From Octopus vulgaris (lineage: Eukaryota): 64,000 nt of DNA. This document shows positions 22,435 to 35,601 of this stretch, one piece after another; position 1 is the stretch's first letter, and each line of letters opens with the position of its first letter. Position numbers and translations under genes: made by a program. Under the pieces are notes generated by a model, which ran no database searches, had not been told where the DNA came from, and worked only from the letters and a program-made list of their open reading frames with translations. The DNA is taken from positions 23,374,001-23,438,000 of the forward strand of contig OX597839.1 of assembly GCA_951406725.2 (NCBI GenBank). The letters are read 5' to 3'.

Positions 22435-25400
22435 TCATCATCATCATCATCATCATTTAGTGTCCGCTTTCCATGCTAGCATGGGTTGGACGGTTCAACT
22501 GGGGTCTGGGAAGCCAGAAGGCTGCACCAGGCCCAGTCTCATCTGGCAGTGTTTCTACGGCTGGATGCCCTTCCTAATGCCAACCACTCCGTGAGTGTAG
22601 TGGGTGCTTTTTACGTGCCACCGGCACAGGTGCCAGACGGGGCTGGCAAACGGCCATGGACGGATGTTGCTTTTTATGTGCCACTGGCACAGGGGCCAGG
22701 CAAGGCTGGCAATGGCCACGATCAGATCGTGCTTTTTATGTGCTAACGGCACGGAGGCCAGTTGGGGCGGTGCTGACAACGGACACGGTCGGGTGGTGCT
22801 TTTTACGTGCCACCGGCATGGAGGCCAGGCGAGGCTGGCAACGGCCACAATCGGATGATTCGCTTACGTGTCACCGGCACTGGTATCGCAGCTGCAATTT
22901 CCATTGATGTTGATCGACTTCGATTTTGGTTCTGATTTTATTTGATTTCATTTGATTTTGATTTTGATTTCCACTTGCCTCAACGGGTCTTCACAAGTGG
23001 AGTTTTGTGTCCCAAGAAGGAAAGGTATGTATAAGTTGACTGGCTCCATCCCAAGTAGAGGCCACGGGTAATGGTCTCACTAGTCCTGCCGGGTCTTCTC
23101 ACGCACAGCATACTTCCAGAGGTCTCGGTCTCTAGTCATCTCCTCAGTGAGACCTAAAGTTCGAAGGTCATGCTTCACCACCTCGTCCCAGGTTTTCCCG
23201 GTCTGCCTCTTCCACAGGTTCCCTCAACCGCTAGGGTGTGGCACTTTTTCACACAACTATCTTCATCCATTCTCGCCACATGACCATACCAGCACAAACG
23301 TCTCTCTTGCACACCACATCTGATGCTTCTTAGGTCCAGCTTTTCTCTCAAGGTACTTACACTCTGTCGAGTATGAACACTGACATTACACATCCAGAGG
23401 AGCATACTGGCTTCATTTCTTGCGAGCTTACGCATATCCTCAGCAGTCACGGCCCATGTTTCACTGCCATGTAGCATGGCTGTTCGTACACACGCGTCAT
23501 ACAGTCTGCCTTTTACTCTGAGCAAGAGGCCTTTTGTCACCAGCAGAGGTAAGAGCTCTCTGAACTTTGCCCAGGCTATTCTTACTCTAGCATTTACACT
23601 TTCAGCACACCCGCCCCCGCTACTGACTTGGTCACCTAGGTAACGGAAACCATCAACTATTTCTAGTTGGTCTCAGAGCATTTTCAGTGTTTATTGCTCC
23701 TGAGCATCTGCCACATACAAAAACTATCTTCCTAGTTAGCTTTCCTTTGACATTGCTGCACCTCTTATGTGTCCATAGCTTACACTTGGTGCATCTTATA
23801 GAGATCCTACCTATGCCTTTTTGACAGATCGAGCAGGGCCATCTACCTGAAGGCATATGTGATTTGTCTACCTTCCTACTTATTAGGACTTTGGTTTAGC
23901 TAGATTGACTCTAAGGCCCTTCGATTCTAATCCTTGCTTCCACACCTGAAACTTCCCCTCCAGTTCTGATAGAGACTCAGCAATTAGAGCAAGTCATCAG
24001 CATAGAGGAGCTCCCAGGGGCATCCTGTCTTGAATTCCTCCGTTATTGCCTGGAGGACTATGGTAAATAGGAGGGAGCTGAGGACTGAGCCTTGGTGGAC
24101 CCCTACCTCTACCCGGAATTCTTCACTGCACTCGTTGCCAACCCTCATCTTACTAGCAGCATCCCTGTACATGGCTCGCACAGCTCTCACTAACCATTCA
24201 TCTATCCCTAGTTTCCTCATTGACCACCAGATAAGGGATCGAGGGACCCTGTTGAAGGCTTTCTCCATGTCAACAAAAGCCAGGTACAGGGGCTTATCTT
24301 TGGCTAGGTATTTCTCCTGCAGCTGCCTTACCAGGAATATAGCATCAGTGGTACTTTTCCCTGGGATGAACCCAAACTGCATCTCATCTAAACTAACTCT
24401 CTCTCTAATTAGTTGGGCTATGACCCTCTCCGTAACCTTCATTACCTGATCCAACAGCTTGATACCTCTGTAATTATTTGTATCTAGGGTGTCTCCTTTA
24501 CCTTTGTAGCAGTTGACTAGTATGCTGCTACACCAGTCATTGGGTATGACTCCTTCGTGTATCACCTGGTTGACTATACGGGTGACTAGGTTATAGCCGA
24601 CACTACCAGATATTTTGAGCATCTCTGCAGTAATTCCTGATGGGCCTGGGGCTTTCCCTGTCTTCATGCTTCTAATTGCCTTAACTACCAAGGAACTATC
24701 AACTCGGATAGCTGGTCCCTCTGTTGGGTCAACATTTGGCAGACTCTCTTTATCCCATTCATTTTCTTTATTCAGCAACCTTTCATAGTGGCATCTCCAA
24801 ACCTCTCTCTTTGCTTCCTCATTTAGCGTAAGTGAACCATCTTCCATGCGAACACACTTCTCTCCTACCACATCACAATTCTCTCTCACACACTGTCTTG
24901 CAACACGAAACACCTCCAGTCTTTGGTCCTCACGACGCAGAACATTGGCAAATTTTTTCTTATCTGCTTCCCCTTTGGCTAGATAGACCTGTCTCCTAGC
25001 TTCCCTTTTGGCAGTCTGATACAATTCCCTGCTACCACCATACTTCCAGTCCTTCCAAGCCTGTCTCTTTTCTCTAATAGCCCTGTCTACAACATTGTTC
25101 CACCACCACATTACCTTGGGACGAGAGGGGACTTTGCACCAGCCACAGATCTGGTCAGTGGCTTTCAGCAGGTTGTCCCTTAGAAACGTCCAGTTGCCTT
25201 CTACCCCATGAGAATCTCTATCCCCTTCTACTTCATCAAAGGCTTCAAGTAACATGTCCCTAAATCTCTGTCCATTCGCAGGATCTTTAAGCTTCCAGAT
25301 CCTTCTTCTCCATGTTGGTCGTCTTCTGGTTGTCCTCTTAGTCCTGATCCGAAAGTCACTAACTACCAGTCTATGTTGCGGGATACATTCTTCGCCTGGG

Positions 25401-26853
25401 AAGGTTTTGGCATTTATAAGCAGCCATCTCTCCCTTTGCCTGGCAAGGATGTAGTCAATTTGGCTGGTATGTTGGCCCGATCGGTAGGTGACTAGGTGGC
25501 TGGTAGGTTTCCTGAAGTTAGTGTTGCAAACCATAAGATTATTTGCATCGCAGAACTCCAGCAGCCTGGTTCCCTTCTCGTTGTGGGAACCATAGCCATA
25601 GCCTCCATGTACACCATGGAAGCCCCCAGCATGTCGTCCAATGTGACCATTGAAGTCACCAGCCACAAAGAGAAGGTCTCTGTCGTTTGTCAACGAGGTA
25701 GTCTGCAGTAGAGTGTCATAGAATCGGTCTTTCTGTCCATCGGGTAGCCCCGGCTGGGGAGCATAGGCCGATATAATGGTTGCTAATCCATGATGAAGCA
25801 CTAATCTAATCTTAAGTATTCTGTCACATACTCTGATTACCTCAGTTACTTTATCTACCCATTTCTCAGCGATAAGTATACCCACGCCACCAACCCCATC
25901 AGTGTTCCCTGCCCAGAAAATCTTGTACCTGTGTTCCTTGCCTGTGAGGAACCTAGCAGAACCTCCTCTCCACCTTACTTCTTGGATGCAGCACATATCA
26001 ACACATCTACGTTCAAGCATCTCGACTATCTCGCCAGACCTACCTTTCAGTGTGCCAACATTGAGGGTGCCAACCCTGAGAGTGTGGGAGGTATGGGCCC
26101 TAGAGACCCTGGGACGGTGGACAGTAGCTTCATGTACCTGAAAAGAAAGCTTACATTTGGCAGAATTCATGAGCAAGTAATACAGTAGCCTTCAGTTCAA
26201 CCTGCATAACACTAGCCTTTCATATTTTGCTCTGTATGAACATTACCTTACATAGGTCGAGACTAGGGGTAGGGATAGTGAAAGAGCATTTGCAGTCTTC
26301 GTGGGAAGCAACCCAGGGATGGCAAAGAATAGGAACTTCCGGCATGTGTGGATGGGGTGAGAGGGTGGGTGCACCACAAACTAGGAAGAGGTTCTGTTAA
26401 TCGTGAGAGCAAGAAAGTAGGTTTGAAAAATCTGAGAAAGTCAAATTTTAGGGGAAAGATAAGTGGCTATGAAACGGGAGCAACAGGAAGACAAGACTAA
26501 ACGAAAAACATTACATGAATGGCATGTTGAAAACTGAAAGAATAATATGATGAGAGGATACAGAAAGAATAATATGAGAGAAAAATTGAAGAATAATGAA
26601 AGAATAATGATGATACGTGCAAAGGTAGAAGAAAGCGGGGCTGAAAGAACAATTTCTTAACTTTAGCCGTTCATGAGCTGTGCGTTCGTTAGTGGAGTTG
26701 GAAGCGAAGTGAGTGGGATTCCCAATTATGCGCTCGCTAGTTTATATATGGCGATGGTGGTTATGGAAAGGGGGAGACATAGAGAAACATAGGGAGAGAG
26801 ACAGGGTTAGTTAGGGAGGGGGGAGAGAAGTGGTCAAGGAACACATGGGAGGA

Positions 26854-26855
<2 letters not shown>
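22435..26855 (-). mobile_element. Near full-length RTE-clade LINE (about 4.4 kb) inserted in (TA)n
   Basis: Single APE+RT ORF, a 3' UTR with internal ~60-bp repeats, a (TGA)n tail and (TA)n on both flanks. Confidence 0.92.
23080..26176 (-). pseudogene. RTE ORF: APE endonuclease + reverse transcriptase + PHD-type finger, disrupted
   Basis: GTLNVGT, CIQEVRW, GDFNGH, QIDYIL, QFGF, AFVDMEKAF, VHQGS and YADD are in an open 730-aa frame. It continues through at least 4 frameshifts (about 23990, 23895, 23665, 23200) to FRYLG, LHGSETW and a stop at about 23080. Confidence 0.93.
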
Positions 26856-26892
<37 letters not shown>

Positions 26893-26895
<3 letters not shown>

Positions 26896-27713
26896 TCATC
26901 ATCATCATGGCTCGTCTTCGCAAATGAAGATCAGGAAGGCTGTCCACGTCTCGTGCACGCACGCTCATGACTGACAAGTCCGATATGGGAAAGGCAGGTC
27001 CGTGAGCAGTGTCCACAGACGAAGGTAACATCTGGTGTGGTGTCAGAGTCGGCTCGCGCCTTCCTCCTGCGTTTCTTGTCTTTAAGTGCGTCTCTTCTTT
27101 GTTCCTCAAACTTGCTGACTGCGTTGAAGATCGTGTGGCACCAGACATCACGGTCCGCAGCCAGGTCTGACCAGCATTGGTGGTTAATATGACATGCTGT
27201 TAAAGACTTCTTGAGGCAGTCTTTGTAGTGCTTCCTCGGCGCTCCTCTCACTCGGTGGCCAGTGGAGAGCTCGCCAAACAGGGCAATCTTTGGAAGGCGA
27301 TGGTTCTCCATTCTGGAGACATGCCCTGCTTATTGGAGGTAGGGTGGCTTCAATGCTGGGGATCCGGGTCGACAACCAGGTGACCAAAGTCCTGAGCTGC
27401 CTACATGTAGGGTTGAGACTACGACTTCCAGTGACATCTTCCACCTTCCACTTTCACCCCTTTCCCATCACTGCAGGGCTTTTAGGATGGCTGGTCACAG
27501 AATATGGACATGTCCTTTGGCCTGCGCTACAGAGTTTTTTAAGGTGAAGTGCAGTGCGCACAAACTGGCCCCACCCTTTAAGCACGAGCTTCATCTGCCA
27601 TGGCCTAATGAGCTGGGACGGTAACAGTGAGATCCTTAGGCCGTAGGTTTGAAGTCGGAGTTATCCTCTCCTAGGAGGGTTGCCAACCATGGCTGATGAG
27701 CCCCTCCTGCCCG
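26893..27713 (-). mobile_element. Bipartite, internally deleted RTE (BovB-like) element
   Basis: RTE-type 5' motif ggcaggaggggctcatcagcc..ctaggagagga joined at about 27362 to the ORF C-terminus (PSIEAT..AGHVSRM..RLPK..CGHC..SH C2H2 finger), with a (GAT)n tail. Confidence 0.75.
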
Positions 27714-28071
27714 TGCCATCCAAACCATGGCGAAAGAAAGAAAAGGATCCATGGTTTCCAGTAGGTATATACTACCTGGTTTCCTAGGCCAGAGTAGGGG
27801 GTTAGCTAAGGAGACCCCACCCAGAGCCTTTGACTGAAAAGTCTATTTGCAAGGCAGCAGAACGAGATCAGGGAGTAGCACCCATTGATAGACGATGATG
27901 AGGGGACAGTTCATACGTCTTTGCTTGGTCATTAACCAAACTGGGGTCCCAATGATCATGAAATTCCATTTGAGCCATTGACCAAATGGTTCTTCCGCCT
28001 CTTCTGGGATACAATGCCTCGGAGGAGACAAGGGACAATGATAATACAATATGTACATTTCATATACACAC

Positions 28072-28635
28072 ATACACAGAGTTTAAAATACAATATATAC
28101 ACCATATACAGAGTTTAAAATACAATATATACACCATATACAGAGTTTAAAATACAATATATACACCATATACAGAGTTTAAAATACAATATATACACCA
28201 TATACAGAGTTTAAAATGCAATATATACACCATATACAGAGAAAACGCTATACACCATATACAGAGTTTAAAATGCAATATATACACCATATACAGAGTT
28301 TAAAATGCAATATATACACCATATACAGAGTTTAAAATGCAATATATACACCATATACAGAGTTTAAAATGCAATATATACACCATATACAGAGTTTAAA
28401 ATGCAATATATACACCATATACAGAGTTTAAAATGCAATATATACACCATATACAGAGTTTAAAATGCAATATATACACCATATACAGAGTTTAAAATGC
28501 AATATATACACCATATACAGAGTTTAAAATGCAATATATACACCATATACAGAGTTTAAAATGCAATATATACACCATATACAGAGTTTAAAATGCAATA
28601 TATACACCATATACAGAGAAAACGCTATACATATA
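28072..28635. repeat. 32-bp minisatellite, about 17 copies
   Basis: Unit CAGAGTTTAAAAT(A/G)CAATATATACACCATATA. Confidence 0.97.
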
Positions 28636-28938
28636 ATGCACACACAGACACACATGCACAAAGCACTCCACACACACGTTGTTGGATGGCCGTTGACTAC
28701 GCTGTAGTTCTTCCACCCTTTGACATGTCTTATTTTTTCGTCCTGCAGGGTGTCCAACAAACACCCGCCTCAACAAGCAAGCCTGGTGGGGTTGCCAGTT
28801 TAGTCGTTGACGACCTGACCATGTAACAGGTTGTACTGGGTTACATGGTACGAGTGGCACTCAAGTGACCTGACACGTAAAGATAAAGGAAAACTAACCT
28901 ACAAGAATACCCATTCTAATTGTCAGAAGTGTGTGTGG

Positions 28939-29214
<276 letters not shown>

Positions 29215-29591
29215 AGCAACAATGAAAACATTAAGTTGTTCGACAAGCGGAGAGGGAGAGTTTGGTGAGTAAGGAGCAAAATGAGAAACTAGTTTACTTT
29301 TGAACAAGATCAATTATTGATAGATTCGGAAATGTAATCGTGCATTTTAATGCTATTTTCAGCAAGGAGACGACACTGTGTAAGAGTGAACTGACGTCTC
29401 GTAAAACACGAAGGAAACTGTTCAAAAAAGTTGTTAGGATGAAATAACCATGAAGTTTTTTGTGTGAAGGCCTCAGCCGTAAGGAAGCCTTTAGTTATAG
29501 GCTCTGGAAGTCATTGAGAAAATGAAAAACTTCAACGTAGAAAAAATTTTTTTCTTAGCTTTTCATTTGTGATGAATGATAAAGTAGAAGC

Positions 29592-29972
29592 AGTGGAGGC
29601 GCAATGGCCCAGTGGTTAGGGCAGCGGACTCGCGGTCGTAGGATCGCGGTTCGATTCCCAGACCGGGCATTGTGAGTGTTTATTGAGCGAAAACACCTAA
29701 AGCTTCACGAGGCTCCTGCAGGGGGTGGTGGTGAACCCTGCTGTACTCCTTCACCACAACTTTCTCTCACTCTTTCTTCCTGTTTCTGTTGTACCTGTAT
29801 TTCAAAGGGCCAGCCTTGTCACACTCTGTGTCATGGTGAATCTCCTCGAGAACTATGTTAAGGGTACACGTGTCTGTGGAGTGCTCAGCCACTTGCACGT
29901 TAATTCCACGAGCAAGCTGTTCCATTGATCGTATCAGCTGGGACCCTCATCGTTGTAACCGACAGAGTGCTC
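29592..29972 (+). mobile_element. Full-length tRNA-derived SINE
   Basis: A box TGGCCCAGTGG and B box GGTTCGATTCC; highly similar copies at 37578 and 40710. Confidence 0.9.
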
Positions 29973-30689
29973 CTTTAAATGTAAAAGCAATCCTGAAGTT
30001 GAACGTCGTGAAGCAGCTGTAGATCTTTTAGCTCGGGGTACCAATTTGTAAAGGATAACTGGTGGTAAGAGACACCCGAAGCAGCCACAATGAAAGAAGG
30101 ACTCACAACAGAAACAGAGGAATCCTTGGATCTTTTCCTTTTGAACGGCACTTTTCAACACAATTTCTAGTTAACTTAAATATTTTAAAACTTCGTATAC
30201 TGGTAGAATGTGTCAAAATAAAACATTTTTTTCTCTTGGCTTTCTTGAGAAAATTGTAATTTGTTTGTTTAACGTAGTTTAATTTTTCGAATTTTAACCA
30301 ATCCTATGCTCTCTATTTAGCTAAAATCATTTGCTGCACCTAAAACCGAGACAACATCCTGTAACTAACCCTAACTCGAAGAAGAAGAAGAAGAAGAAGA
30401 AGAAGAAGAAGAAGAAGAAGAAGAAGGAGGAAGGAAGAAGAAGAAGAAGAAGAAGGAAGGAAGGAAGGAAGAAGAAGAAGAAGAAGAAGAAGAAGAAGAA
30501 AACCACACAAACTTTATTAGTCATAACAAGTGACATCTACTTTAATGTTTTTTTTTTCTTTGACATGTTGGAGCTTGAAAGCTGTGGCCATGCTGGGGCA
30601 GTGTAGTTAGAGTTGCTACACTTTCAGTAGGTGAAACCTGCTCAGATGTATGGCATTTGGTGAGTGAGGGCGTTTTGGTGTATCGCTGC

Positions 30690-31000
30690 CCTCATCATCT
30701 GCATTTCTGGTCACTCATTCAGAACTCTTGGCAGGAGGAGATCCAGTTTCGTTTTGAAACACAGCCACATTCACCCCATTAAGGTCTCTCAGACAGTTTT
30801 AGGAGGATATGGAAGAGCTGTGAGCCCTTGAAAACCAATGCTATTGCAGTTTCTGATCCTGTGTCCTGATGGCAATATTGGGATTTTTGGCATTATACAG
30901 TGGTGCCCCTTCTACTGTTTTGTGTAAGCTGCAATGCCAAAGTTTGGTACGAATCTCTCCAAGAGTTTCCAAATGGATATCACAGCAGCAGTATTTCATA
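30690..31000 (-). mobile_element. Degenerate CR1/Jockey-group LINE, C-terminal fragment
   Basis: IWKLLERFVPNFGI..GHHC..CNSIGF..FKTKLDLLL on the minus strand, with stops and frameshifts. Confidence 0.65.
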
Positions 31001-31311
31001 TTAATGTACAGTTACCCCTAATGACGATCAGATCTGATCAACTGACTGTGGCCAGGGAGTAATGTACAGTCACGTGTGTGTGCGAACACACACACACTCT
31101 CACACACACTCACACACACACACAGAATTCCTTATAATCTTTTGGTCACAAAACATTATTATTATTATTATTACTTTCCCCTTTATTACTTTATTACTTT
31201 CATCCTTTTAGGGTCTATAAAATAAGTATCAGTTATGCACTGGGGGTTGATGTAATTAACTTGCTCCCCAACTCTCCCCAAATTGCTGGCCTTGTGCTAA
31301 AATAGGAAACA

Positions 31312-31354
<43 letters not shown>

Positions 31355-31379
31355 TCAGCTGTATTCTATTATTCTTTTT

Positions 31380-31766
31380 GTCCCTTTACTCGTTTCAGTC
31401 ATTTTGTCTGTGGCCATGCTGGAGCACCACCTAGAAGGACTGTTTTGGTTAAACAAATCAACCCCAGGACTTGTTTTTTAAAGCCTAGCACTTATTCTAT
31501 CAGTCTCTTTTGCTGAGCCGCTATGTTATGTGGATGTAAACACACCAACACCAGTTGTCAAGTAGTGATGGTGGGGGGGGGGGGCAAACACAGACACAAA
31601 GGTACACATAGACGTGTGTGTGTGTGCGTGCGTATCTATATATGTATGTTTATATGGGCTTCTTTCAGTTTCTGTCTATCAAATCCATGCTCAAGGCTTT
31701 GGTCAGTGGGACTGAACCTAGAACCATGTGGTTGGGAAGTAAGCTTCTTACCACATGCCCATGCCT
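31380..31766 (-). mobile_element. tRNA/CORE-like SINE
   Basis: Reverse-complement match to 62310-62720. Confidence 0.8.
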
Positions 31767-31801
31767 GCATACACACACACACACACATATATATTGGGTT
31801 A

Positions 31802-32732
31802 TTGGGTCATTCCATAAATAATCCTAGAAGATCTGTAGAGTTCGATGAGGATGTCCTGCAAATCCTGGTACAACAAAATCCCATCGTAACTGTAGAACTA
31901 ACAGAGAAGCTTGGATTTGGTCATTCAACCGTTCATTGACACCTGCCTGCCATCAGTAAAGTCGGCAAATTGGGTCTGAAATCCTCAAAAACTTTCCAAG
32001 TCAAATCATGCACAGAGAGTGAATGTGTGCTCTTCTTCGCTGTCATCTCTCACGAATGACCCTTTTTTGTACCAAATAGTGACTGGTGACGAGAAATGGG
32101 TTCTCTATAAAAATGTGTCAAGCGCTGTAGACAGTAGGTAGGGAAAGGAGAAACACCAGCACCCCAGGCTAAAGAAGGTCTTCACCCATGTAAGGTGTTG
32201 TTATCTGTTTGGTGGGATATGAAAGGTTTAGTCCACTTTGAACTTTTAAACCCAAACTAAATGTTAACAAAGAAAATCTACTGCAAGCAGCTTAAGTGGC
32301 TTAAATCAGTGCTAGAAGAGAAATGACCATCTTTGGTTTCAAGGCGAAAGGTGTTCTTGCATCAGGATAATATTCGGCCACATAAAGTGAGGATGTCATT
32401 CCAAAGGCTGGATCAGTTTGAAAGGGAAACGATGCCCCACCCACCATATTTCCTGGACATTGCCCCACCTGAATATCATATATTCCACAGTCTTCAAAAT
32501 CACTTAGATGGAAAAAATATGAGTTCTGTAGACAAAATCAGAACAGAAGAGAAGTATTTTTCGTCATGGACGAGTGAATTTTGGAAGAGGGGCTTTGCAA
32601 GTCAACCAGATAGATGGAAGAGCATTGTAGAAAATAAGGGAGTGTATATTTTAGATTTAAAAAGATCTTTGCTTATCCTAATTCTGAAAAATGAAAGAAG
32701 TATAAAACTGCATTATTTATGGGATGACCCAA
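31802..32732 (+). mobile_element. Mariner (DD34D) transposon relic, 5'-deleted
   Basis: TIR ttgggtcat(t/c)ccataaataat at both ends. IVTGDEKWVLY and HQDNIRPH..HPPYFLDIAPPEY give 34-residue spacing (the last D has mutated to E). Confidence 0.9.
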
Positions 32733-32774
32733 CATATATATATATATGTGTGTATATATATACATATCTATCTA

Positions 32775-32814
<40 letters not shown>

Positions 32815-32825
32815 TATATATCTAC

Positions 32826-32882
32826 ATATTACCTTTGAAACGTGGAGTAGCCGAAACAGGGGCAACTGAAGAAGGGGAATAT
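32826..32882 (+). ncRNA. Candidate type II hammerhead-like motif (atypical)
   Basis: atattaccttt-GAAA-c(gtgga)gTA-gcc(gaaacagg)ggc-aa-CTGAAGA-aggggaatat. Confidence 0.35.
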
Positions 32883-33396
32883 TCCTTGTGTTGTATGTCC
32901 TGTACTCTGTTTTTTTGTTGTTTGAAAAAAAAGTCCATTTCCATGTTTTTGTTTTTATGTTTTCATTTCTCATTGTGTTCAACATTTTTTTTTGTGTCCT
33001 GTACCCATATATGCATGTATATATATGTATAGATGTAGGTATGTACATATATGTATATATGCATATATTTTATATATTATTTTGTTATTATATATATATA
33101 TATATACACACACCTATACATGTCTGTATGTAATTTAATAAACACAGTATATATTTTAATGAACTGCTAATGGTTTTATGGGAAGGAAAACAACTCAGTA
33201 TTTCATAACATGTCTGGAGCCTGCACACAATCCTCGGGCTCTCTAAATTATAAAGATTTTACTTGTGGTCCATGTCTGCTTTTCATTACCTGAAACTATT
33301 GGCAGCTCACATAAATATATAGCTCATTAAACAATATTCATCTCTCGCCAGATGGAGTAGTTCTTTTGTTGATCTTACCATCATGGAACAGTGTAC

Positions 33397-33483
<87 letters not shown>

Positions 33484-33576
33484 ATATGTATATATGTATA
33501 CATGTATATATGTATATATGTATGTATATATATATACACATGTATACATATATACATATATATATATATATATGTA

Positions 33577-33616
<40 letters not shown>

Positions 33617-33623
33617 TACATAC

Positions 33624-33661
<38 letters not shown>

Positions 33662-33671
33662 GGTATATATG

Positions 33672-33715
<44 letters not shown>

Positions 33716-33874
33716 CTTCCAAAAACATGTATACACACTTTAAGAAAGGAAAAAAAAAAACGATTACAGCAGTGACTCGATCAATTCCTAGCAATATCTG
33801 AAGAAGGAATTGTGACCAGCGATGTGTAGTAACATCTGATAGCCTGGTCAGCCATGGTGATCATGGTGATATAC

Positions 33875-33912
<38 letters not shown>

Positions 33913-34295
33913 ACATACATACATATAAATATTCATCCTCATGATTTAATGTTCACATTTTTATGCATGCATGGGTCAGGTGGAGTTTGTGGAGGTAAGT
34001 ATTCTATGGCTGGATGCCCTTCCTGTCACCAATCCTCACCTGCTTCCAAGCAAATATTTCCTTGCTTGTGCATGTGTGTGCATTTATACTTGCATGTACA
34101 CACGCACGCACACACACGCACGCACGCACACACAATCAACATCACCACCACCATCACCACCATCATAAGCAGCAGTAGCAAAGACGCACTCAAGCCTGGT
34201 TTCCGATATTAAGGACCCAGCATCACACAAGCCGACAGAATGAGATGCGTAAAACCATTTTCAGCACAGATTCTTACCACAGATAAGACATACCT

Positions 34296-34526
34296 ATTTC
34301 TTTATTACCCACAAGGGGCTAAAGACAGAGGGGACAAACAAGGACAGACATAGGTATTAAGTCGATTACATCGACCCCAGTGCATGACTGGTACTTAATT
34401 TATCGATCCCGAAAGGATGAAAGGCAAAGTCGACCTCAGCAGAATTTGAACTCAGAACGTAACGTCAGACGAAATACGGCTACGCATTTCGCCCGACGTG
34501 CTAACGTTTCTGTCAGCTCGCCGCCT
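34296..34526 (-). mobile_element. Nin-type SINE with a 15-bp TSD
   Basis: AGATAAGACATACCT at 34281-34295 and 34529-34543. Confidence 0.9.
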
Positions 34527-34819
34527 GAAGATAAGACATACCTGTTGACTTTAACAAGAAGATAATAACAGGTGTGTGTGTGTGTGTGTGTGTGTGTGAG
34601 CGTATTGCAGGGGGAGTGGGGTGGCGGCCAGGGGTGGGGGTGGGGATTGATCGAAAATTGAAAACATTGTTTACGCCAACAATGGTTCTGAAGATCTCTC
34701 TCTTGTTCTTTTATAGCAGAACACAAACAGAATGAACATCGACACGAAACCATTTTCAGCTTCAAACTAAAATTAAATCAATTCATTACCATTTATTAGC
34801 ATTATGGCTTTTGCTGCCA

Positions 34820-34825
34820 TTTAAC

Positions 34826-34870
<45 letters not shown>

Positions 34871-34962
34871 TATTATTATTTCTACCACTACTACTACTAC
34901 TACTACTGTTCCTATTACGATTGCTATTATTATTATTAGTAGTAGTATTCTTATCAATATTA

Positions 34963-34994
<32 letters not shown>

Positions 34995-35121
34995 GTTATT
35001 ATTATTATTATTATTATTATCATTATTATTATTATTTCTACCACTACTACTACTACTACTACTGTTCCTATTACGATTGCTATTATTATTATTATTAGTA
35101 GTAGTATTGTTATCAATATTA

Positions 35122-35156
<35 letters not shown>

Positions 35157-35342
35157 GTTATTGTTATTATTATTATTATTATTATTACCATTATTATTAT
35201 TATTATCCTTATTATAATTATTATTTATTATTATTATTATTATTGTTATTATTATTATTATTATTACCATTAATATTATTATTATTATTATTATCCTTAT
35301 TATAATTATTTATTATTATTATTATTATTATTATTGTTGTTG

Positions 35343-35386
<44 letters not shown>

Positions 35387-35387
35387 G

Positions 35388-35425
<38 letters not shown>
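34820..35425. repeat. (ATT)n tract with an internal ~170-bp duplication
   Basis: Block ttctaccactactac..gttcctattacgattgct occurs twice (about 34880 and 35035). Confidence 0.93.
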
Positions 35426-35563
35426 ATGACATTTTGTCCATCTTTACATTTTGAGTTCAAATTCCACCAAGACTGACTTTAACTTCCATCCTTTTGGGGG
35501 AGGAGGGAGGGTCGATGAAATAAGGACCAGTTGAGCACTGGGGTCAATGGAACCAACTAACCC

Positions 35564-35601
<38 letters not shown>

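Noticed and set aside
27690-27705. CTGATGA as a hammerhead core or snoRNA box
   Set aside because: It is the antisense of the RTE 5' motif and has no GAAA or supporting stems.
29592-29670. tRNA gene
   Set aside because: A and B boxes are the head of a multi-copy SINE, with TSDs on sister copies; no complete cloverleaf.
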